This document shows, piece after piece, positions 24,950 to 31,686 of a DNA stretch of 31,686 nt. The stretch's first letter is position 1, and each line of letters begins with the position of its first letter. The DNA is from Candidatus Falkowbacteria bacterium CG10_big_fil_rev_8_21_14_0_10_43_10. GTDB taxonomy: Bacteria; Patescibacteriota; Patescibacteriia; Patescibacteriales; XYC2-FULL-47-12. The stretch lies in the NCBI GenBank assembly GCA_002773655.1, contig PFAR01000024.1, positions 25,986 through 57,671 on the forward strand, written 5' to 3'. The notes under the pieces were generated by a model. It did no database searches. It was given only the letters and a program-made list of their open reading frames with translations, and had not been told where the DNA came from. A program made the position numbers and the translations under genes.

Positions 24950-25279
24950 ATGAAAAATCAACAAGAAGTTATCCAGCAAATCGCCGATCAAATAATCGCC
25001 GCCGCGGGAGCCGATAAGATGCCGGAGGGGGCGAAAGCGGCTTTCCGGGAAAATCTGGAGGCGCAGATTATGCGGCGACTGGGCTTGATTATTATCAAAA
25101 ATTTAGACGAGGAAGGCTTAAAAGCTTATGAAAAACTAACTGAAGCCGCTCCGGTTCCCTCCGTCGGCGAGATGCAGAGCTTTCTTGAGCAGTATCTTCC
25201 GGATTATGAGGAAAAAGTAAAAGCGGGTATGGATGAATTTATGGCGGAAATCGCCGGGCATCTTAATAAAAAGAGTTAA
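24950..25279 (+). CDS. Small acidic helical protein, DUF5663-like (start MKNQQ at 24950)
   Basis: G.DKMP..AK..F.E.LE.QI..RL..II..NL.EE...AYEKL...FLEQYLPDYEE pattern recalled for CPR DUF5663 proteins. Confidence 0.7.
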   Translation: MKNQQEVIQQIADQIIAAAGADKMPEGAKAAFRENLEAQIMRRLGLIIIKNLDEEGLKAYEKLTEAAPVPSVGEMQSFLEQYLPDYEEKVKAGMDEFMAEIAGHLNKKS

Positions 25280-25287
25280 GTTATTTT

Positions 25288-28200
25288 ATGTTAGAGCCAA
25301 AAATGCCACAATCACCTAGCCATGACGACGATGAAGGCAAACAGAAAGAAATAAAAGAGGCTGAAGAAGCTTTGGATCAAAATGAAATAGACCAAATTTT
25401 AAACCAGCAGCCTTTTGTGGAGCAAGACCAATGGCGGCCGTCGGCGGGAGATGTAAAAGATGCCGCTGCTGGCAATGAATCCAGCGAAAATTCGGTAGAG
25501 GGCGAGGAAGTCCCTGCTCCGGAAGATAAAGACGCTCCAGAGGAAGAAAAAAATGGAGGAAGCGAGACGGAATTTTCAAGGGAAGAAGATGAAGAAGCTA
25601 AGCAAATATTAAATAAAATAGCCTTGGAAGCGGGGATTTTTTATGTTAATAAAACCCCTATTACGCAAAAATGGATAGATGAAAAAATAGAAGAATTAGC
25701 AGAGTTGCCGGTTGATATAGATTTTTTTATAGAAGATTTAATAAATAATGAAATGAGCATTAATTATGATAAATATATTATAAAAGAAGGAGCGAAAGAA
25801 ACAGTTGATGAACACGCAGACGCTAAAAATTTAGAAGAAAAAATTTCCAGCGGAGAAACAGATGAAGAAACAGCGAAGGAAACCCCAACTGATGACGAAA
25901 ATAAAGATGAAGAGGAGACAGAGGAAAATAGAGAGAATGAAGATAAGGGAAAGGGAAAGAAAATGCGGCAAGACATTAACGACCTGCGCGCTATTTTAAA
26001 TACTGCGATTCTTGAGAGTAATAAAGACAAACTGGCGGAAAGTATTAAAGAAAGGACGGGAGAGATTGCTAAATTAGTGGAAGCGGAGAATATTGAAAAT
26101 AACGGAGAGTTAAAAAATTTGATTGAGGAATTATTAAAAGTTTTATCGGGAGAAGACGAAAAAAAGACAGATAATATAAATAAGAAAATTTCAGAGATAA
26201 CCGGATTATCGGCAGATGAGATTACGGAAATTTACCAAATTCAGGAAGAGGTAATCGCGAGAGAAGCGGAGGGCAAAGTAAATAAAGGGAAATTTTGGAA
26301 AGGGCTGGCGAGCACCGCCGGCTATATTGGCGCGGCCGGTTTAATCGGGTTTGCCAGCGGAGGCATGGGATTAATCGCGGCCGGAACGGCGAAAATAGGC
26401 TTTGCCGGCTTAGCCGGATTTAGGATTGCCGAGCGTTCATACCGGGGAAAAAAGCACGCCCAGAAGGTAGAGCAGGAGATTAATAATATAAAAAAATCAA
26501 TTCAAGAAAATGAAGCAAGAAAAAAAAGCCTGTTGGCGAATTTTTCCGGAGAAATGGCTACGAGAATCCAGGGAATGATAAATAAATTAGGCGAGAAAGA
26601 GGCGCCGGATGATACTGGTGATGAAAAAGAAACAAATGGCGCAAGATTTACCAGCGCTTACGAATATATTAATAGCAACTCAAACTTTGAGAAGTATAAC
26701 GAAGAAGAAAAAACATCTTTGTTGAGGGCGATAGACGCGTTAATTGCGGTTGATTATAGCAATAACAAAGTAGAAAAGGAAGTAGTGGAGAAAAATTCAA
26801 GCTGGTTTGGCCGGGCGCTGAAAAAGGTTGACGATTTTCTTACTAGCGACAAGACGTTCTTCAATCGGATGTTAAAGGGCGGAAATACCGCCGGGCAGGA
26901 GTTTAAAACCGCCTCTATTTTCGCGGCCGCTGGCATCGCGGCCCGGGAAGTCCCGGTAATCGGCGAGATTCTGCGCGGTTATGGCGGAATGAAGCTGGGC
27001 GAGATGGGAGCTTCTTTTTATAGCCGGAGAAAGGATGAAATTGTATCTGCCGAAGATATAAAAAAAATGCGGGAAGATCTTGCGGTACCAAAAGAAGAAG
27101 AAGACGACGAATTAACGGAATTAACAAAAGATTTTGACGCGGTAGAGAGCGCGGAACTTAATAGTTTAGTAAATAAAGCCAGGGCGCAGCTGCTTGACGC
27201 TAATTTTAGAAAGAATTTTCCTGATGAATATAATAAATTAAGGGTTGTTATTGATAAAATTGAGCAGGAAAAAATTATAGAGGCAGTTAATGAAACGAAA
27301 GCAAAAGAAGAATTTATAGAAGAGGACTGGACAGAAGAGAGTGAAATTTTTAAAGATATAAACAGTTATTTGCAAGAAAGAGACAGAGATGTACAAGCAG
27401 AGCTGGATAAGCGTTTAAGAAAAGAAAGAAATAAAACAGCCGCCGCGCATTTAGGGCGCGTTGCCGGTATGGCCGCGGGCGTTCTATCAGATGATTTGGT
27501 CCGGGGTTTGGCGGATATGCTGGAACATAAAGAAACAGCTGGCATCGGCGCAGCGGGACATGAATCTGTTTCAAATGGACAAGGATCTAACGCAGGAGAA
27601 CAATCGCTGGACGTTTCGCCTGACACTCCAGAATCGCCGCAGCCACCGGTTGAACCGCCTGCCCCGGATATTTTGCCTGAAAATAAAGGCGGTTTGGAAC
27701 ATCCGGAACACGAAGTCAGTAAAATCCACCGCGCGCTTTGGTATGACAATGATGATCCGAGCAAGCCGGTGGGAAATGAAAAGCGGTTTTTGCCCGGCGG
27801 AGTGCAACGGACTGGTTTTGATAAAGAAGGGGACATTATTTTTGATATAAGTAAAATGACTCCTGACGGTTCGGCGCACGGCGGGAATAATATTAATGTC
27901 CCTTATTTATTAAAACAAGACGGAAACGGGGACAGATTATGCGATAAATTGCGCCTGCTTATTACCGTGGATGGAGACAGGGACAGCGAGGTAATAGAGG
28001 TTCCGGTTGATACTGACGGAAAAATTACTATTCCCGCAGGTAGCGATCTGGCGGAAAAGCTTTTTGCCAAAGGGCCTAACGGGCAGGCGGTTTTTAAGGG
28101 CGCGTTTTTAGAGATTGCGAAAGTAAATGAGGGAAAAGACGGAGCGCGGAATGTTGAAATTATTGCCACGCATGTAGGAAATAAAACCATTAATGAAGAA

Positions 28201-30039
28201 ACTATAAAGAGCTTATTGCAGCCGAAAGTTGAAGAAGAAAGTACGCCCTCCTCCGCTGAAGCTACGGAGGGTGAAAAGTCTGCCCGTCCCGCTTCACAGA
28301 GCGAGGCCGGGGAAGTACGAATTAACGAAGATAGCGGTCAACAGGAGAAGGTTGCAAAGGGAGGCGGCGCGGCAGAAAGCAAGGTTGAAATCAGCGGAAA
28401 AAACGCGAGAGTTAACGGCGTGGAGTTTGAACCTAAAGATTTAGGCTTATTAAGGATTAATGAAAGCGTGCATATCAATAATGTATCCAGCCAGATTGCC
28501 GGCCAGTTTAAAAACGGAGAACAATTATTCCAAGTAGAAAATAACGGGCAGGTCAGCTACGCCCTGGGAACAGTTGATGATGGTGAATTTAAAGTAATTC
28601 AGCCCGATTTTATCGGCACGGGAAATGCGGAAGCTGTGCTGGACGCGGACAACAAAATTAATGTCGAATCGGGAACATGGGGCGCGAAAGTGGAGTCATA
28701 TGAAGCCGAATTGGATCAGATGAAGAGCTATTTGTCTGGCGCGGATGTAAAAGACCCGTTTCAATTTATGAAACAGGCGGGCTTTGATAATTATGATTTT
28801 GGCCGTTTGGAAACATTAATAAGAAACGGGATAACTAACCCGGCAGACGCGCATACTGCCTTGGAAATTGCCCAAAGCAGCGGAGCGAAGTTAAACCAGA
28901 TAGCGGAGCATTATTATATCGCCTCGCCGGTGGCGAAAAAATTGGGCGAAGATAATTCCGGCCTGATAAAAAATTTCATTGATTTTTTGCCCAAAGAAAA
29001 GAAGCATGAGATTGTAATAAATGAATTCTTTGCTAAAAATAATATAGATTACGCGGATAAAGTCGCCTGCAACGCGAGCAGCTCGGGAACAAAAATGGAA
29101 GTAGTTACCTATAATTTTCTGGATGACAGCGGAAAAACAAATGCTTTTGTGCGGATAATGCCGGATAAAATTGAGATATCAGGAGACGGAGACGTGGTGG
29201 ACGGCAATGACCATCCAATTGGTGATTTGGGGAAAATTTTAGCAGATCCGAGAGGATATTTGGAAAAGCATGAGGCTGGAATTTCTTTGGCTGAAAGCGC
29301 GGCGGCTCCGGAAACAAACTCTATCGGATTAAATTCGGGCGATATTTTAAGATACCCCGCCGCCGGGGGCCCGGTCATAAAAATAGGAGAGGCAGGCCCG
29401 GATGGAAAAATAAACTGTGTTTTTCAATTTGGCAGGAAGGAAATAAACACGGAATTAGTCCCCAAGGGAGAAAATATATATGAATATAAAGGCGAGGATG
29501 GCAGTATAGAGGCGTTAAAATTGGAGCCAGGCAAAAAATTCAGTTTTATTAACGATTATAAAGGGGCTGGCGGGCAGACAAACGAGTCTAAACAATTAGT
29601 GGATAATACGATAGCGGATATTAACAGCAATAATTTTAATAACCAGCTTACCGAAGCGCAGAAAAATCAGCTTGCCGCGGAATTGCCGGAAATGGGAAAA
29701 GAGATGTTCGGCGGCGTGATAGATAATAGTAGTTCGCGGCAGTCCGCTTTAATGCGTTTAATGATTAATCCGAATAATACCGACGCGCGCGAGGATTTAT
29801 TATATGAGCAAAGCGGCGATACCGTATTATCCCGCCTAGATGCTGTTAAGGATGTCGCGGTAAATAAAGAAAGCGGTCGGCGTCTGGTTGATATTGTTTA
29901 CCAGTTAAAGGGCGGGAAAGAAGAGCATCTTTATATCGGCGCGGGAAAAATCGGCAACAGCCTTAACAGCTTAGAAAATTACTCTATGGAAAATTTAGAT
30001 AAGTATTTAAAAGACATTCCGGCACGAATTAAACAATAA
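25288..30039 (+). CDS. Giant orphan protein (1583 aa): acidic N-terminus, Gly/Ala-rich hydrophobic hairpins, beta-rich C-terminal domains
   Basis: 4.75-kb uninterrupted ORF; no signal peptide or named domain recognised. Confidence 0.88.
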   Translation: MLEPKMPQSPSHDDDEGKQKEIKEAEEALDQNEIDQILNQQPFVEQDQWRPSAGDVKDAAAGNESSENSVEGEEVPAPEDKDAPEEEKNGGSETEFSREEDEEAKQILNKIALEAGIFYVNKTPITQKWIDEKIEELAELPVDIDFFIEDLINNEMSINYDKYIIKEGAKETVDEHADAKNLEEKISSGETDEETAKETPTDDENKDEEETEENRENEDKGKGKKMRQDINDLRAILNTAILESNKDKLAESIKERTGEIAKLVEAENIENNGELKNLIEELLKVLSGEDEKKTDNINKKISEITGLSADEITEIYQIQEEVIAREAEGKVNKGKFWKGLASTAGYIGAAGLIGFASGGMGLIAAGTAKIGFAGLAGFRIAERSYRGKKHAQKVEQEINNIKKSIQENEARKKSLLANFSGEMATRIQGMINKLGEKEAPDDTGDEKETNGARFTSAYEYINSNSNFEKYNEEEKTSLLRAIDALIAVDYSNNKVEKEVVEKNSSWFGRALKKVDDFLTSDKTFFNRMLKGGNTAGQEFKTASIFAAAGIAAREVPVIGEILRGYGGMKLGEMGASFYSRRKDEIVSAEDIKKMREDLAVPKEEEDDELTELTKDFDAVESAELNSLVNKARAQLLDANFRKNFPDEYNKLRVVIDKIEQEKIIEAVNETKAKEEFIEEDWTEESEIFKDINSYLQERDRDVQAELDKRLRKERNKTAAAHLGRVAGMAAGVLSDDLVRGLADMLEHKETAGIGAAGHESVSNGQGSNAGEQSLDVSPDTPESPQPPVEPPAPDILPENKGGLEHPEHEVSKIHRALWYDNDDPSKPVGNEKRFLPGGVQRTGFDKEGDIIFDISKMTPDGSAHGGNNINVPYLLKQDGNGDRLCDKLRLLITVDGDRDSEVIEVPVDTDGKITIPAGSDLAEKLFAKGPNGQAVFKGAFLEIAKVNEGKDGARNVEIIATHVGNKTINEETIKSLLQPKVEEESTPSSAEATEGEKSARPASQSEAGEVRINEDSGQQEKVAKGGGAAESKVEISGKNARVNGVEFEPKDLGLLRINESVHINNVSSQIAGQFKNGEQLFQVENNGQVSYALGTVDDGEFKVIQPDFIGTGNAEAVLDADNKINVESGTWGAKVESYEAELDQMKSYLSGADVKDPFQFMKQAGFDNYDFGRLETLIRNGITNPADAHTALEIAQSSGAKLNQIAEHYYIASPVAKKLGEDNSGLIKNFIDFLPKEKKHEIVINEFFAKNNIDYADKVACNASSSGTKMEVVTYNFLDDSGKTNAFVRIMPDKIEISGDGDVVDGNDHPIGDLGKILADPRGYLEKHEAGISLAESAAAPETNSIGLNSGDILRYPAAGGPVIKIGEAGPDGKINCVFQFGRKEINTELVPKGENIYEYKGEDGSIEALKLEPGKKFSFINDYKGAGGQTNESKQLVDNTIADINSNNFNNQLTEAQKNQLAAELPEMGKEMFGGVIDNSSSRQSALMRLMINPNNTDAREDLLYEQSGDTVLSRLDAVKDVAVNKESGRRLVDIVYQLKGGKEEHLYIGAGKIGNSLNSLENYSMENLDKYLKDIPARIKQ

Positions 30040-30125
30040 TGTTATTTCCACCATCGTTTGTTACTTTTCTAAAACCTTGTCTATTATAAGGTGTAGTACA
30101 GAGATGACAAAAAAGCAGAGGCGAA

Positions 30126-30163
30126 ATAAGTTAAGCTGGGTTTTAAAACCCAGCTTAACTTAT
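30126..30163. repeat. Perfect 38-bp spacerless palindrome
   Basis: ATAAGTTAAGCTGGGTTTT|AAAACCCAGCTTAACTTAT. Confidence 0.9.
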
Positions 30164-30184
30164 AGAAACTTAACTTGCAGAAAT

Positions 30185-30232
30185 AAAAAAAGACCCCTTA
30201 CCGCCAGCGCATTGCTTTTGGTAAGGGGTTTT
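30185..30232. terminator. Bidirectional terminator between the convergent giant and OmpA-like genes
   Basis: A-run, stem ACCCCTTACC (30193-202) / GGTAAGGGGT (30220-29), then TTT. Confidence 0.7.
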
Positions 30233-30244
30233 ATGTTCGTGTTT

Positions 30245-30277
30245 TGTCATCTTGAGGAGCGAAGCGACGAAAGATCT
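30245..30277. repeat. Half GTCAT-type REP
   Basis: TGTCATCTTGAGGAGCGAAGCGACGAAAGATCT resembles the GTCAT...GAGGAGCGAAGCGACGAAG left arm; the right arm is decayed. Confidence 0.6.
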
Positions 30278-30313
30278 ATAATAGATTTTTATCTTTTGCG
30301 CTCCTTTTGGACC

Positions 30314-31390
30314 TTAAATCTTCGCGAGCTTTAACATCAGCTCGCTCGGCTTCAGAAACCGGATGAACACGTATCCGGCTCTCTGGTCCTCGGGGGAAAC
30401 TTCATCATACTTTAATCCCCCGATTCCGATTTGCGAGGCTTTTTGCCTCGCAGAGTCGCCGAGTTTCAAAACCCTGCCAATCGCCCAGGAGCGTTCATTG
30501 CTTAGTTCCTGGTTTCGGGAAGAAATCCCTGTATCGGCATCGGCGCCTGCCCAAATGGCGACGACTTCAACTTCGCCAGCCGCTCGCGCTTCGTTAATCA
30601 GCGCGATTTTTTTGGCCATTCCGATTTTTACAACCGACTGGCCAATGGCGAAATTTCCGACGTGGACTGTGTCCATGTTGTCGGCGCCGAAGCGGGCGAG
30701 CACCCGGGTTTCAACCAACATACGTGATAGCTTGTTGGTTGTTTCCCGGACTGCCGTTGTTTCACCGCGGATTCCGGCCAAAGTTTTTTCGAAGTCGTCC
30801 TGACGTTTTTTCACGTCAGCGACTGAATCCGAAAGAACCTTTTGGCCGTCGGTGAGATCGGTTACGCGGTCTTTCACATCCTCAACCGCGAGAAGTCGCT
30901 CGCCGACTTTGTCAATCCTGCCGTTCTGCGCCTCTATCGCCTCGGTCGCGGAGGCGATGTTGTCGGCGATTTTATCCAATTGTTTTTGAATCGCCGGCGG
31001 GATGGCGGTTTCCCGTTTTTGCAAAAAAATCCAACTGCCTATGAGAATCAGCGCACAAGCAGTTACAATTATTGCGTGATACCACCACGGGAAATGTTTT
31101 CGTGGAGTGGGGTTAGTTTCCTCTTCCTCTTCTTCGTCGTCGAGGTCGAGGTGGTCTAGTTCGTCTCCGGTTTCGGATTTTCCCTCATCGTCTAGGTCGA
31201 GGTTGGTTTCGGCGGATTCGTTTTCGCTGGGTTCGTCGCCGAGACCGTCGATATCCAGATCGTCGAGGTCGAGATCTTCGTCGACAGGTTCCGGTTCGGG
31301 GGTGGTATCGTCGACGACTTCCGGTTCGGATCGGTCAATATCCGGACCGTCGATATCCTGATCTTCTTGGTTGATCATCGTGTCTGCCAT
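30314..31390 (-). CDS. Bitopic membrane protein: acidic N-terminus, TM, coiled coil, divergent OmpA-like peptidoglycan-binding domain
   Basis: SD AAGGAG before ATG 31390; TM WWYHAIIVTACALILIGSWIFL; AGADADTGISSRNQELSNERS matches G..D..G....N..LS..R. Confidence 0.75.
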   Translation of the reverse strand: MADTMINQEDQDIDGPDIDRSEPEVVDDTTPEPEPVDEDLDLDDLDIDGLGDEPSENESAETNLDLDDEGKSETGDELDHLDLDDEEEEEETNPTPRKHFPWWYHAIIVTACALILIGSWIFLQKRETAIPPAIQKQLDKIADNIASATEAIEAQNGRIDKVGERLLAVEDVKDRVTDLTDGQKVLSDSVADVKKRQDDFEKTLAGIRGETTAVRETTNKLSRMLVETRVLARFGADNMDTVHVGNFAIGQSVVKIGMAKKIALINEARAAGEVEVVAIWAGADADTGISSRNQELSNERSWAIGRVLKLGDSARQKASQIGIGGLKYDEVSPEDQRAGYVFIRFLKPSELMLKLAKI

Positions 31391-31442
31391 AACAAATCTC
31401 CTTTTTTCCCGCATCTGTTTTCAGTGCGGGGAATTGGCCTTT

Positions 31443-31555
31443 AAAAAAAATTCTAAACCTTTACTTTAGAGTTCATCTTCTGCTATTGCAGGTAATCCTA
31501 CCACCTAGGCCAGCTCCAGGCTTTATCCCGGGCCCCGGCCGCGCTGATTCTAAAG
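31443..31555 (-). ncRNA. Candidate riboswitch-like structured leader with a competing terminator
   Basis: Closing helix CUUUAGA-AUCA / UGA-AC-UCUAAAG, GC-rich internal hairpins, terminator UCUAAA...UUUAGA-A-U8 sharing the 3' strand. Confidence 0.55.
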
Positions 31556-31686
31556 TTAGGTTAATCTTTTATATATATACACACAGAGCGTAAAAGGTTT
31601 GAACTTTTAGCTCTGAATTATTGTAAAGATCGCAGTCAACCATTTTTATGATTGATACATTAGTATAGCATACTTTTTATATTATT

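Noticed and set aside
30126-30163. Linear-replicon telomere (protelomerase site)
   Set aside because: Unique sequence continues on both sides and no protelomerase gene is present; kept only as an unexplained palindrome.
30077-30334. 85-aa ORF across the palindrome, terminator and REP
   Set aside because: Composed of repeat and terminator sequence; no RBS or family features.
2056-31361. Numerous antisense and alternate-frame ORFs in the track (e.g. 2056-2427, 4837-5211, 8486-9004, 16289-16651, 20355-20906, 27366-27836, 30363-30803)
   Set aside because: They are shadows of well-supported genes on the opposite strand or frame.
31443-31555. Assignment to SAM-I, ykkC/guanidine-I or c-di-GMP-I riboswitch classes
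   Set aside because: Only fragments match. The SAM-I GAGGGA kink-turn and GCAACC, the ykkC CUAGGGUUCC 5' core, and the GEMM GGCAAA/GNRA elements are missing, so it is left unassigned.
1-31686. tRNA, rRNA, tmRNA, integrase/transposase, prophage, or recoded TGA (code 25)
   Set aside because: No such signatures were seen; several well-conserved genes end at TGA and none needs TGA read-through.

Overview
31.7-kb chromosomal segment of a Patescibacteria (CPR, Parcubacteria-like) bacterium, inferred from the gene set (DUF5663-like protein, wHTH-NTase regulator, degenerate HtrA, archaeal-type UMP kinase, stand-alone rplJ-rplL). It uses the standard code 11, with TGA as a stop. Genes: a GT2 glycosyltransferase, VanZ, pilT, dtd, a Nudix hydrolase, an SPFH protein, a lower-glycolysis cluster (pgk, SIMPL, eno, two tandem gpmI), DUF212/uppP, a CAP protein, a mannose-1-P guanylyltransferase, mltG, pyrH, rplJ-rplL with an L10 leader, a 1583-aa orphan protein and an OmpA-like membrane protein. 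No rRNA, tRNA, CRISPR array, integrase or recognisable transposase was seen. The most unusual signal is a family of ~7-nt-period tandem arrays at gene junctions, often arranged as inverted arms. One pair forms a 32/35-identical terminal inverted repeat around an intact GxxExxY (PD-(D/E)XK) gene. A second arm precedes a truncated GxxExxY remnant. An empty copy with an 8-bp direct repeat splits a ribosome-binding site, and other copies lie inside pgk and inside the L10 leader. Together these suggest an undescribed nuclease-associated mobile element. Also notable: a riboswitch-like leader with a competing terminator upstream of the OmpA-like gene, an in-frame palindromic insertion in enolase, several REP-like families and a perfect 38-bp palindrome. 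All calls come from reading the sequence and from recalled family motifs; no database search was run.
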